Below are positions 1 through 13,134 of a stretch of DNA of 64,000 bases, piece by piece. Position numbers and translations under genes: made by a program. How positions within the stretch are numbered: the stretch's first letter is position 1; every line of letters begins with the position of its first letter. The DNA is from Octopus vulgaris. Taxonomy: Eukaryota. The stretch lies in contig OX597825.1 of the NCBI GenBank assembly GCA_951406725.2, positions 47,926,001 through 47,990,000 of the forward strand, read 5' to 3'. The notes beneath the pieces are model-generated. The model made no database searches, was not told the origin of the DNA, and worked only from the letters and a program-made list of their open reading frames with translations.

Positions 1-51
1 AAAGGAGGTGCTCCAGCATGGCTACAGCTTAATAGCTGAAACCAGTAAAAG
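1..51 (+). mobile_element. 3' tail of tRNA-SINE family A or of its partner LINE
   Basis: ggaggtgctccagcatggctacagcttaatagctgaaaccagtaaaag matches the tails at 890-960, 1666-1716 and 61051-61112. Confidence 0.7.
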
Positions 52-889
52 TTTACACGAGAAGCTGTAACACCTGTGTATTCATGTTTACAGCAACATT
101 ATAGCCACCCTTCCTTATGGATGAGACACTCCACAGCCTTGGAGTGTCTCATCCATAAGTTTGATGTCTCATAAATATCATTGTTAAACCTAAGTAAAAG
201 GAAATAAAAATCTTGGAATTCGACATTCGAAATGAACTTGGATATAATTTAGTACTCTTTTATTACATTTTAAACCCTTATTTACTTTTTTCTTCTTTTT
301 CTTATCCATTTCTCCCTGCTCTTGTTCTTCTCTACCCTATTCCTTTCTTTCTGCCACTCTCCTTTCCTTTTCCCTTTTTACCTCCTCTCTTATTTCTTCT
401 CGTCCTCTCTATTTCACCTTTCCATCCTTTCCTCTATTTCTCTTTCCTTCCTACCCTTCTACCTTATTTACTTGTCCTCCTACCCCAGCCCCATTCTGCC
501 TCAGCTTCATTCCTCACTATCTCTGTCTCTTCTTTCCCAACCTTCTGCCACCGTTTCACTCATCTCTTCTCAAAAACCCATTACAATTTTGCATACGGCT
601 TTCTACTGGGTTTTATATTACAATTTATACAATAACATTGTAACCGCCTCATACCAGAAGACAATCACTTGCTCATTTCACAAAGAGAGATCTTTCCCGT
701 TATGCCTTCATTTTCTATGTGCAGATCAACTCTCTTTTTCACCTGTCAATTTTCATTTATCTTGTTTCTGTATCTCTTTATTTATGCCATCTATTATACC
801 TATTGTTTTCACATCCATTTCTTATATCTATTATCTTTTCTTATTGACCTATTCATTCCTTCATTTGCACAATTGTTTATAAACCACTC

Positions 890-1222
890 TCTCTTTACTC
901 TTTTACTCTTTTACTTGTTTCAGTTATTTGACTGCGGCCATGCTGGAGCACTGCCTTTAATCGAGTAACTCGACCCCGGGACTTATTCTTTGTAAGCCCA
1001 GTACTTGTTTTATCGGTCTCTTTTGCCGAACCGCTTAGTGACGGGGACATAAACACACCAGCATCGGTTGTCAAGCAATGCTAGGGGGACAAACACAGAC
1101 ACACAAACATACACGCACACATATATATATACATATATACGACGGGCTTCTTTCAGTTTCCATCTACCAAATCCACTCACAAGGCTTTGGTCGGCCAGAG
1201 GCTATAGTAGAAGACACTTGCC
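890..1222 (-). mobile_element. tRNA-SINE family A, head missing
   Basis: Near-identical to 1666-1975. Has the (GTAAAAGA)n tail. Breaks at about 1223, followed by a short piece resembling a mariner TIR end (...ttttcatacacccctcgta). Confidence 0.85.
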
Positions 1223-1521
1223 CTTTTTTTTTGAGGCGGCTCAAGACTTTTCATACACCCCTCGTATATATATCTTTTTACGCGTATGTAATTGCGGGTA
1301 TACATGATCGACACGGGCACATATGGGCACGTATATGTGGATACAAGCATATATATGTAGATATGAGTGCATCCGCGTCTAACCATTATCCATTAGAACA
1401 TATTAGACGTTCATTATCTTTTAAATTTTTTAATTTTATTTTACTCCTGTCAGTTTATTGGTTATACTAATATTTCTGCCTTGTGTGTGCATATAAGTGT
1501 TTGTGTCAGTGTGTATATGTT

Positions 1522-1565
<44 letters not shown>

Positions 1566-1569
1566 TATA

Positions 1570-1608
<39 letters not shown>

Positions 1609-1624
1609 ATGTGTCTGTATAAGA

Positions 1625-1665
<41 letters not shown>

Positions 1666-1666
<1 letters not shown>

Positions 1667-2052
1667 TCTTTTACTTACTTCAGTCATTTGACTGTGGCCA
1701 TGCTGGGGCACCGCCTTTAATCGAGCAAATCGACCCTATGACTTATTCTTTGTAAGCTTATTACTTATTCTATCGTTCTCTTTTGCCGAGCCGCTAATTT
1801 ATGGGGACCATCGGTTGTCAAGTGATGTTGGGGGGGACAAACACAGACTCACAAACATATACACACACACAACATACATATATACATATATACGAAGGCT
1901 TCCTTCAGTTTCCATCTACCAAATCCACTCACAAGGATTTGACCGGCTCGGGGCTATAGTAGAAGACACTTGCCCAAGGTGCCACGCAGTGGGAATGAGC
2001 CCGGAACCATGTGGTATGTAAGCAAGCTACTTACCACACAGCCACTCCTGCG

Positions 2053-2055
<3 letters not shown>
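1666..2055 (-). mobile_element. tRNA-SINE family A, full length, inside (TA)n
   Basis: Minus-strand head aggcgcaggagtggctgtgtggtaag...ggttccgggctcattccc with A/B-box-like motifs, an internal microsatellite and a LINE-like 3' hairpin tail. Confidence 0.85.
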
Positions 2056-2097
<42 letters not shown>

Positions 2098-2318
2098 GTA
2101 TGTATGTATGTATATACGTATATGTATATATGTATATAAATATATATATAATACAAATATGAAAATGGAGGAACAGATTCCTTTCAATCATCAACTTACA
2201 GATAATACCAATTCATATAATTTATTAACTAATTAAATAGGAACATCCAAATCCAACAGAATAAAACAATATATATCACTAAGTAAGATAATACCATAAA
2301 AATATTACATATAAATGG

Positions 2319-2444
2319 ATCTTACAGCTGTTTCAGCCTGTAGATAAAGGTATCTCATTGTGCCTATATTATTCAAATGTATTGAGGTAATATGCAGTTA
2401 AAAATGAGTTACTTACATATATATCTCAAGGCCTCGTCAGAGAT
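2319..2444 (-). ncRNA. Type I hammerhead ribozyme motif with a long stem II insertion (Penelope-associated type)
   Basis: Minus strand: atct-CTGACGA-ggcct...aggct-GAAA-cagctg-TA-agat. Stem III is palindromic. Confidence 0.65.
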
Positions 2445-2832
2445 TATAAAGTACAATTATGAAAATATAAAATGCAAAAATAAATATGAAAATATAAAAT
2501 GCAAAAATAAATATGAAACAAAATACACATACAGAAGAATATATATATATATATATATATATATAGATCGCTGATGATTGTTGTGTATTCCGCTATCGTT
2601 ATTTGATTGCTGTTATTCAGTGCATCTGTGTGTGAAGATCAGTTATGTTTTGCAGGGCTGCTTTATTTTTACCCTTAACTTAGAAATGAAGTATGACATA
2701 GTGTTAGATATAAAACATAAGTCATTTGGGTCTAGAAATAAAGCGGAAAAACGAGAAATTCTTCGAGCAGGCATGTGTCATATGTGAAATCTGTGATGAA
2801 CCTGAGTGACGCTGATGACCTGGAGTCGCCTT

Positions 2833-2870
<38 letters not shown>

Positions 2871-2957
2871 CTCATATACGAGCGAAAAAACAGATGTACT
2901 ATATACTGGAGCTTTATCTCCATTAAAATTCTCGTATTCTAAATATAAATAGGTAGG

Positions 2958-3026
<69 letters not shown>

Positions 3027-3027
3027 T

Positions 3028-3079
<52 letters not shown>

Positions 3080-3122
3080 TACATATATATATATATATAC
3101 AGGGTTGTCAAATATATATATA

Positions 3123-4295
3123 GGGTGTCAAAATATCGGTTCTGTTTTTGTCGGCATTAAACTTCAAATACTCTATGTAGCTAACTTCAGGCTGTTCCCT
3201 GCGCATGCGCAGTCACTAGATATTTGATACTTCAATATAGTTCGAGGCAAAGTTTCGACAAGACGGGTTGTATTTTGTATGCTTGGGATCATCCTGAAAC
3301 TGGGGAACCACAACGAATATTATCGACATTGCATGTTGTTTTTTTTATTTTTAAAAAGATAAGAATGCGGCAGAAACATGTAGGTAAGTGTGCACGGCGT
3401 GTGGAGAGAATGTTGTTAGGAGCGTGTGTGCCAGAAGCGGTTTACTAGATTTCGATCAGGAAATTTTTCGGTTCAAGATGCACCTCGCTCTGGCTGGCCA
3501 ACTGAGATTAACAGCGACAAAATGAAGGTGTTGGTTGGCATCAACACCTGTTATACGACCAAGATGATCATTGATATTCCCCAAATATTCAAATCGAGTG
3601 TTGAAAATCACCTGCACCAACTTGGTTACGTTAGAAGGCTCGATATTTGGTTCCTACATCAATTGAATGAAGGGAACATAGCCCAACGAATATCCATCTG
3701 CGATTCGTTACACAAATGTGGAGAAAATTATCTCTGAAGAGAATGGTGACAGGGGACGAAAAACGGGTCACCTATAACAACAACCTCCAAAGCGAACGAA
3801 TTTCTTTCTATAGATAGACACATCAATTCGGCTGTGCTGTGAGCAGCAGGGCTAAATGAACGCGGCGAACTATCGGAAACGTCCAACACTTGCTAATCAT
3901 AATGTAATCGTCATTCATCATTACAATGCCAGACTGCAGACGTCTTTACAAATGCAGCAGAAGTTACTGGGGCTTGGCTGTGAAATTTTGCCGCACCTCT
4001 ATATTTACCTGTCCCTGCACCTTCAGATTTCAACCTTTTTTTGATCTCTTCAAAATTCATTGAATGAACAAACCTTCATCCATGAAAACGATATAAAAAT
4101 AAAGTTCATCTGGCTGAGTTGTCCGCCAATAAAGAGAGAAAATTCTATGAGCAGGGGATCTGCCCACAAGATGGCAGAAGAAACTGGAAAAAAAACAGCA
4201 ATTATATTATTAATGGAATAAATCGCTTTGTGTTTAAAACTTGTGTTATTTTCGCTTAAAAAAACGAAAAAAAGAACGAACATTTTGGCCAACCC
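3123..4295 (+). mobile_element. Degenerate mariner transposon
   Basis: Imperfect TIRs (TA-gggtgtcaaaatatcggttc / gaacgaacattttggccaaccc-TA). Transposase remnants RFRSGNFSVQDAPRSG, VTGDEK and HHYNAR, broken by frameshifts and stops. Confidence 0.85.
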
Positions 4296-4383
4296 TACAC
4301 ACACATTCACACACAGACATGTATATATATACACTACATTAAGGTCAATCCATGACAGACAGACAGATAGATAGATAGATAGT

Positions 4384-4422
<39 letters not shown>

Positions 4423-5630
4423 ACATGTAGAAAACAAAGAGATAGTCAGAGAGAGTAGAGGTTCTCCAGTTAAAACAGACTTATATTAAACAGTAGCCTA
4501 TCGAGGTAGAGCAGTATCTCTCAACAAGTTAACTTTAAGAAAGTTGCAATATCTTTAAGCAGAATATCCTTCTAGAGCAGATGGATTCTAAAAGACGGGC
4601 GTAAAAGGCGGTGAAAGAACCCAATGAATTTAGGCTGAATTAACAATTGTCAACAATATCTCTCACTCCCTAGTTTAAGCATGTCACCTTATCAATGTTT
4701 GAATTGAGTTACAAAGAATAAATGAAAACTGATATACCTTGTTTCGGTGAGGAGGTGCTCTGTAAGTTATCAATTATGTAACTTCAGATTCTAGCTCACT
4801 CTTACAGAGCAATAGCGAAATATTTCGTCACTTTGATAGTAAAAACTAATTAATGACTTGTTTGGGTGATGAAGCAATAAACTAGGTTACTGCTAACACT
4901 CCCTTAAAAATAGTAAGAGCTATGAAAAGAGAATAAAATAAAATATGAATATAGTAGAGAGCAAAAGTTTTCTTTTCGCAATCTCCAACAAACAATAACA
5001 GGACAGGTATTTCCTTAAGTAAACAAGCAGTCTTTCGACTGATTGCAATCTACACAAACAAACACTGCATCCACTTATAGAGCACTTTTTTATGGTGGTG
5101 GTGGTGGCATTAATATGATAGTAGTGGTAATGGTGTTAGTATGGTGGCGGTAATGTTGAAATGGAAGTAGACGTTATGTCAGTGGTGGTGTATAATAGTG
5201 GTCGTTCCAGCGGTGGTGTTGTAGTGGTTGTTGTGCTGGTGATGACGACCACTGACGCTGACGATGGCAATGACGACGACGACAACGATAATGATGACGA
5301 TGATGATGATTCAACTGGAAACATTTTATATTCTTAATGTCCTGCTGTGGAACTGAACCTGAAACGGTGTAACCATGGTGCTTTGTTGATCTGAAGAGCA
5401 AACCTTCTATATCTGTATTGAGTTGTACTTGTACTATTGTACAGTGCAATGTGTAGGATGCATATTAAATAATTTATTATACATTGAAATATATATACAC
5501 CTGCTACCTAACTATACTATTCCTATTAAGAGTCTACAATGGGGTGGGAATGTTCAGCCGGTACATAGGGCTTGGTTAGCTAAAATGTGACCGATAAATA
5601 TCTGAGCCAATCCCATTCCAAACCGAAAAT

Positions 5631-5843
5631 CCATTTTACTATAGGCACAAGGCCTGGATTTTGTGGGGATGAGGACAGTCGATCACATCGACCCAACACT
5701 CCACTGGTACTTAATTTATTGACCTCGAAAGGATAAAAGGCAAAGTCAACCTCGGCGGAATTTGAACTCTTAACGTTGCGGTAGACGAAGTACCACTTGG
5801 CATTTTACCCGGTGTGCTAACGATTCTGCCAGCTCGCTGCCTT
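5631..5843 (-). mobile_element. tRNA-SINE family B
   Basis: Reverse complement of the copies at 11025 and 18798 (aaggcggcgagctggcagaa...gagttcaaattcc...gactttgcctttcatcctttc...gtaccag). Confidence 0.85.
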
Positions 5844-5845
5844 AA

Positions 5846-6550
5846 TAATGATAATAGTGATAGCAACAACACTACTGACAGCGACAAATGCAGAATGTGT
5901 GGTGAGAGGGATGAAACGGTATGGCACATCGATAGCGAATGCCCGAAATTGACACAAAGGGAATACAAAAGACGATATGACAATGTGGCAAGAATGATTC
6001 ATTGGGAGCTCTGTGAAAACCACAGCCAACAAAGAGCAAAGATGTGGCTTGTGCAAACCCCAAAAGGAGTCACCGAAAATGAAAATTGCAAATTCCTGTG
6101 GGATGCAAAGATTCAGCGCATTCAACTGACCAGACATCGGAAACCGGATATTGTTGTGGTGGGTAAAAAAGAAAGAGCATGTATGATAATCGACATAACA
6201 TGTCCCGTGTGACAACAGGATCAATGTGAAAGAAGAAAAACTAAACAGCTGCGACGATTTGAAGTGGGAAATGCAAAGGTTGTGGTCAATGAGGAGAGTA
6301 GAGGTGATACCAATAGTAATTGGCACACTTGGAAGTATCAGCACTCAACTAACAACGTGGAGCAAAAAGATTGGTACAAACGTAAGGATAAAACACCTGC
6401 AAAAATCAGCATTGTTTGGAACTGCAAGAATTCTTCGCAGGGTTCTTGAAGCATGACCAGTAAACAAATGTCACCTTAGTTTGCTGGCTGTGGACAGTTG
6501 ACCCTTTCCATCATACCCAGCAAAATAAGCTGAGAATTTTCATCAAATAA
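5846..6550 (+). mobile_element. 5'-truncated R4/Dong-type RLE LINE fragment
   Basis: CRMCGERDETVWHIDSEC zinc knuckle, RYDNV, KPDIVV, IDITCP and GTARILRRVL. The 3' UTR is shared with 19030-19120. Confidence 0.85.
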
Positions 6551-6552
6551 TA

Positions 6553-7818
6553 TCAGGTCATTCCATAAGACCTGTCCGATTTTACCTCTTTTAAAATTGA
6601 ATGAAATTTAACAGTATTTTAGAATGTCTAATGGAATTAAAAATTATTTTTATGCATTTGTGTACATTTAAACTAGTTAAATATTATTTTACAGAATCAT
6701 AGAATTAAAATTTCTTTGATTAAACCCTTTCTAACATGGAAGTATCCAAAGAGCATTTGAGGCACATAATGCTTTATGAGTACAAAAAAGGAACTCTGCA
6801 GCCGAAGCGACTCGAAACATACACTCAGTTTATGGGAAAGAATTCTTGAATAAAAGAACTTGCAGAAGATGATTGACAAAATTCAGAAGTGAAGATTTCA
6901 ACCTTGAAGATGAGGATCGAACAGGACAAGTTGAGTTTGATGATAAGCTCCTTGGGACATTACTAGAAGAAAATCCTGCATTATCAGTTGAAGAATTGGT
7001 ACTAAAGCTTAGTTCAAACCATACAACTATTCATCGTCATCTTCAACAACTTGGAAAGGTTCCTAAACTTGAAAAATGGGTGCCTCAGGAATTGTCCGAA
7101 AGCAACCGTAAATCCCGAGTTGACATCTGCTCTTCTCTCCATTCTCGCGAACTCATTTCACCCTTTTTGGATCGATTTGTAACTGGTAACGAAAAATGGA
7201 TCTTCTATCGAAATGTTAAACGTCGCAAAAAGTGGTTTGGTAAAAGGGAAAAAGCTCAACCACAACAGAGAATGTGAACTTCGTAGGTTCTTCTCTCTAC
7301 CTAGTGGGATTGCAAAGGAGCAATTCACTTTGAATTGTTACCACAATTGTTAGCAACAATCAATGATCAAGTCTACTGTCAGCAATTAGAGTGTTTGAAC
7401 CAAGCTTTGAAGAGAAAAAGACCCACTTTAGTGAATCGAAAAGGAGTGATGTTTCATTAGGAGAATGCACGACCCCACGCTGCAAAGATCACATCACAGA
7501 AGATCGAGGATCTTGGTTGAAAAAAAATTCCTCATCCACTTTATTCTCCCGATCTTGCTCCTTCAGACTATCATTTGTTTCGTAGTTTACAGAATCATTT
7601 GGGTGACATAACTTTCGCAAGCCAGGAGGACGAAACTAACATTTTAGAGTTCTTCGCTTTGAAATCAAAAGAGTTTTACATTAATGGGATTAAAAAGCTT
7701 GTAAATAGATGGAAGGAAGTCATAGATAACTAGGGAAAGTGCATTGATGATTAAATTTCAATTAAATATAACATTTGATCACTTGCTTTCTTTATTCAAA
7801 TTTCGGATAGAACTTATA
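6553..7818 (+). mobile_element. Mariner transposon with frameshifted transposase (ATG at about 6736)
   Basis: MEVSKEHLRHIMLYEYKKG, WVPQEL, VTGNEKW, ENARPH and YSPDLAPSDY motifs. Left TIR TA-tcaggtcattccataagacctgtccg; right TIR partial and running into (TA)n. Confidence 0.9.
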
Positions 7819-7824
7819 TATGTA

Positions 7825-7892
<68 letters not shown>

Positions 7893-7922
7893 TACATATA
7901 TGTGTGTGTGATTGTGTGTATG

Positions 7923-9116
7923 CTAGTAAACGCACCCATCATTTGGATGGTTTAAGTTGCTTTGGTGGCATTTTTGTCACCAAATAATTGAAGTACCGAG
8001 AAAGTTTGAGTAACACAGCAATCTATGTTTCCGATTAATCTAGGAACGGAAAATCAAATCGAAGGCTGGTTATTGTGGAGGTCGTTGTACTCTAATAATC
8101 ATAGAACGTATAAGTTTGCAAGCGATGCAAAACAGAGCTACTGGACTGTTTTGGGAGTAGATTACGGATAATGACTACAAAATATAGTCCTTTTACATGA
8201 AAGCGAAATTTCTTGTCAGAAACAGCCACATAAATAGTGTAAAGAAATTGAAGGAAGACGTTGAAACCCCCGCTCTGTGATATTAGCAAAGGGAGATATT
8301 TTTTCGGAGAGATAAGCTATCGAAAGCCCCTTTATTGTCTTCCCACATAACCTGCACATAAACTAACAGTGAATGCCGCATAAATTGGTATGGAGCTTTC
8401 TGAAAGATACGTATAGCTTTCGCTAGTGGAAGCAATCTCTTATTTAAAGGTTAATTCTTTGGGACAAATCAAATGTGATTGTTTAAAAAAGGCTAGAACA
8501 ACAATGCTACAACAAATACGCTTGTATTTGAAACAATGGACAACAGTTGAAATATCATAATGGATGGGTAAATAAGCATCCTTAAAGAGAAACAACGCAC
8601 TTGTAGGTAAACAAAAGTATCGACAAATAGAAGAGAGCGAAGGGAACATCACCTTTCAAGTAACTCAGAATAGGTAAAGGTAAGCTTGTCAAACTTAAAT
8701 GCAGTTTAAATATGGAAATTAAGCTTTTTTTGGTATTGAATATTCATCGTGTACTGTGTTCTTAGAGAGAGACTATTCTTGGGACATACATGTGTGTACA
8801 GTTTGGTGAAAATCGGTTGAGAATTGTGGAAATGTATGCGTTCAGTGTTCCTAGTCAATTAATCACCGTCGCAGGTGGACAGACAAAATAAATAAATAGA
8901 AAAGTCCTTATAAAAATTTTTTAAAGTATGGAAGATCCTACATACAAAAAAATCTATGTCCATTTACGTCCATTTACGCGAGAGCTCTGTGCAAAATGTT
9001 ATAGTGCATTACCAACCTTTGGATATAAGTAATGTGTGTGTAAAGTTTGGTGAAAATTGGTTGAGGATGTATGTGTTCATCATTATACACACATATTGTG
9101 ATTTATATATACTAGA
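7923..9116 (-). mobile_element. Non-autonomous Helitron
   Basis: Minus strand starts A|TCTAGTATATATAAAT and ends with the hairpin ccatc-caaat-gatgg, about 9 nt, then CTAG. Confidence 0.65.
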
Positions 9117-9539
9117 TATAATACACACATACACTCACACACACATACTACTGCCCCTACACTTAGAATCTACCACTACACATTTGTCACTCCTTTACCT
9201 TTTACCACCCCTCATTCCTTCTATCTTTTTACACTATAATACCTTTCTTTCTTTTTCCCCCTTCATCTCCCCACTCCTACTTTCAAATTATCTCCACTGT
9301 CCACTAAGTTATCTATATCTTCATTTTTCTTTTTTCTTTTTTCTTTCTTTCCTTTATTCCTCTCATCAGGGTATTTTATTGTTATTATTTTTTGCTAATT
9401 TATTACTTTTCTTCTTACTTTCTTCTCCTTCTCTCTCTTTTCTCTTTTTTTTTTCCTTTTTTTCTCTTCTCTTTTTTTCTCTTTCTTTATTCCGCTCTTC
9501 CAGTTTTCGATTTGACCCTACTAATACACTCCCTATTTG

Positions 9540-9990
9540 TAAGTCACTTAAAATAAAAACCTTTGACTCTACAATACTGTGTATAAATTCTATACTTGAA
9601 ATGACCAAGTTTAAACACTGCTGGATCACACTCATAAGGCATTGGAATCTTACAGTGTGTATAAACTCTATATTTGGAATGACCCATTTTAAATTCTGTT
9701 AGATTTTACTCATGAGGTATTGGAATCTTACATATATACCATTCTGCCTAAAAAATGGATCTACAACTTCAATATCCTTACATATCTCACATCTGTTTTC
9801 TTTCCTCCACCTCACTCTCTATTTTGTATCCTATCTAAATTAAGTATTACTTAACCATCCTCTCACACCGTCTCCGATGAAGGGATATAATTAATAAATA
9901 TCCTAGAAACAGCTGTAAGATCTTATATCTATAAATTTTCTAATATCTACACGGCCTTGGTTTTCTTTTTTATCTCATTACGCAAAAAAA
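9540..9990 (+). mobile_element. Penelope-like terminal repeat fragment with a hammerhead motif at 9870-9921
   Basis: A second copy lies on the minus strand at 47230-47670. Motif: gtct-CCGATGA-a-gggatat...atatcct-a-GAAA-cagctg-TA-agat. Confidence 0.6.
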
Positions 9991-10131
9991 TCTTATATAC
10001 AGACGCTGACATATGACCAACCTTGAACCCCTTATTCGCAAAATTACCGAACCTGGAACTTAACTACGGTCTGTCTATAGCACTTATTCAGCATTACCTG
10101 ACACCTTTGGGCCTCAATGATACCATTACCT

Positions 10132-10166
<35 letters not shown>

Positions 10167-10407
10167 GTCCTTGTTAGGATGAATGTTACTGTTATTTAGC
10201 CCCAGGAAACATCGTCTCCAGCTGGCTATACGACGCACTATCTGTGTCCTTATATTTTCAAAAAAAGAAAGTTTAGCGTCCCCACTCAGCATAAAGCAAT
10301 ATCTGTTTATATCTATCGAAAATATAAGGACACAGATAGTGTGTCGTGTAGTCAGCTGGAGACGATGTTTTCTAGGGCTAAATAGTAACATTCCTCCTAA
10401 CCAGGAC
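10167..10407. repeat. Inverted repeat with ~90 bp arms and ~58 bp spacer
   Basis: 10167-10259 is the near reverse complement of 10318-10407. Confidence 0.9.
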
Positions 10408-10434
10408 TGCCACATTATGTTGACAAATAATCTT

Positions 10435-10469
<35 letters not shown>

Positions 10470-11024
10470 ACTATATATATATATATATATACATATACAT
10501 ACGCACACGCATATATACACACACACACACACACACAGATGTGTGTGCGTGTGTGAGCGGCTTGCAGCCCTCAGGAATTCGTTTTAATCTAATAATAATC
10601 AGATTCCTATTTACTATTTATAAAGTCCTTTGTCCAGTTATTCTTATACTTTACATTGAAGGACTTCGTAACGGATGTATTTTATTTCATTTTCGTAGCA
10701 AGGTCAGTTCATCTAGTCTCCTCTTACCTTATGAAAAACTATTCTATTTGTTTCAGAATGTTTTAGGGATGTATATGTGTGTTCTAAATATTAAAATCTG
10801 TTTTTATTGTGTAATAAAAGGAAATAACTTGGTCTGGCATCGAAACTATAAACTGAAGATAACTCAAATAATAGCCTATATTATTTATAAATGATCTCTG
10901 AAGAACAAGAACATCCTGCGTAAATTCTCTGTCACTGAATGATACATAAGAACAACACTGTATTAATCAATTTAAATTTATAATTAACCACTGAAATTAA
11001 CAACTTATTCTCTCCTTTCCCACT

Positions 11025-11246
11025 AAGGTGGCGAGCTGGCAGAATTAATAGCATGCCGGGCAAAAAATTCTTTGGCGATATTTCGCCTGTCTTTATGTTT
11101 TGAGTTCCAATACCGCCGGGGTCGACTTTGCCTTTCATCCTTTCGGAGTCGATAAATTAAGTACCAGTAAAACACTGGGATCGATGTAATCGACTGGTCC
11201 CACCCCCGAAATTTCTGGCCTTGTGCTTATAGTAAAAAGGATTATT
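11025..11246 (+). mobile_element. tRNA-SINE family B with a degenerate ~21 bp TSD
   Basis: A-box and B-box-like head. Flanks read ttattctctcctttcccacta and ttattctctactctgtcacta. Confidence 0.85.
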
Positions 11247-12264
11247 CTCTACTCTGTCACTATTTTTTGTAGCTAAAGAAATCAGTTAAAAAACAAAAAT
11301 TACTCTTATTAAAATTTTTCTAACTAAAATTACAAAAATTGTGTGTCTGTATCCTTGTTATCAAAACAAAATCAGAAAGACGAGAGTACCATTGCTATTC
11401 ACCAGTTGAAAGCACATAGAAAACTGTCTATATTTTGCTACCTTCAGCTATGGTCTACTCTCTCTCTCTCTCTCTCTCTTTCCCTCCTTTCCTTTCTGTA
11501 TTATATCATTATGAGGTAGCGGGGTGGAGGGGCGGAGGCGGCGGGTGGTGGCGGTGCTTTTCGTCTTTTATTTTAACTGACACTTTCTAGTCTCTCGAAC
11601 TTCTTATGGTGAAATATTTCAGTAAACGATGTGATGTCCACGAAATCACATGGGAAAGTTTCTCTTATATTTCTGTTATACCATTATCAATTACATCACT
11701 AATTAGAAAGTAGAACGCACGTGGAATCTGTTGATAAATTTCTGGAGTATTCGAAATTCAATTACCCAGGTTGGCAGAAGTAACACTTGGTTCTTCTTAG
11801 TAATTGTCAAAGTAACGATAACTTTGATTTGATATATGAGCAACGATGAGCCATCAATGCGGCTGCTGGGCTGGCTAAATCTGACCGAAATCATATCTTA
11901 CAGTCTTAAAAATGTAATTCGATTTACCTCTGAAAAGATGGAATGATCATGGCTCTTCTGAGCTCGTCTGCTCATTCAGGTTTTGATACAACAATTTAAA
12001 CAACAATAACCTCAAAATTAATATCACAATTATAGCAATAAAAAAACAACATTAATGGGGTACATATACTTAAAGGGGTACATAGCAGTGCTTTCTTACC
12101 TCCCCCACATGCACACATATATACACATCTTCTCCCCTTCATTACTCTCCTACTTACACACTCACCCATGCATTATTGCTCTCCTACAAAACGAATAAAT
12201 TTATTGTTAAAAGATACAAAATATTGATTTTGGTTGCCACTAAAATGTATTTACTATACTTTAG

Positions 12265-12740
12265 ATCTTATCTCATTCTTTAAGGCTTCAGCCAATTCTT
12301 GTTTCCAACTTTAGCGCTTCAAACAGCACGTGCCTCATTCATTAAGGTATCTACTAGTTCTTACCTCATTCTTTAACACTACCAACACTTATCTCATTCT
12401 TCAAGGTTCCTACCAATTTTTACCTCGTTATTGAACACTTCCGGTTCTTACCTCATTGTTAATTACGTCTACTAGTACTTATTCCATTTTAAGGCGTTTA
12501 CCAGCACTTTAATGCAACTACTATTTCTTCTCTATTCTTTGAGGTTTACCTCCTTTTTATACACTTTTACCTCAATATTTAACATCGTTTCCAGTTCTGA
12601 GCTCACTCATTTAATGTGTCTTACAATTCTTGTTTTACTCTTTAAAGCTACTACCAATTCTTACCTCATTCTTTAAAAATTTCTACCAGTCTTCCACTTG
12701 TTCTTAACTCATTGTTTAAAACTTCTACCAGATTATTCAG
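12265..12740. repeat. Degenerate ~31 bp minisatellite
   Basis: Recurring ttcttacctcattctttaa...ctaccaa units. Confidence 0.7.
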
Positions 12741-12786
12741 TATCTTTGTTGTATTCATATTCATTTGCTTTGTTGTATTTTGCCAG

Positions 12787-12889
12787 AAATGTCCGACTCC
12801 AGAACCGGATTACCGAAAAGAGCAATGTGTGAAGTTTAATACACGGAGATTTGCTGGGAAAAGCTATATATGGAAATCTTTTATTGACC
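12787..12889 (+). CDS. Internal exon of an ADAMTS/ADAMTSL-family gene (end of TSP1, start of cysteine-rich region)
   Basis: Pyrimidine-rich acceptor ...ttttgccag, then KCPTPEPDYRKEQCVKFNTRRFAGKSYIWKSFID plus 1 nt, then donor gtgagt at 12890. Matches the ADAMTS CP....D(F/Y)R..QC..FN.......Y.W motif. Confidence 0.9.
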
Positions 12890-13134
12890 GTGAGTATATA
12901 GAGATCAGTCAGAAATAGGAGGGCTATGTAAAACATATTACAGGTTATCATCACGTCACTTTATGTTCTCAGTTCAAATTTTACCAACGTCAACTTACCT
13001 CTTCATTCTTCGAGAGATCGATAAAATAAATACCAGTAAAATATTTTGGTCAATTTAATTGATTCTGTTTTCTCCTTTTAAATGTCTGATTTTGGATCAA
13101 ACTTCGATAAAAAGCCGCATATTTATTATTACTA

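Noticed and set aside
213-968. Hydrophobic ORFs resembling membrane proteins (also 8956-9702)
   Set aside because: Pyrimidine-rich low-complexity sequence with no domain signal or splice support.
5814-6212. 132-aa ORF starting MLTILPAR
   Set aside because: Chance fusion of an antisense SINE-B head with a truncated LINE fragment.
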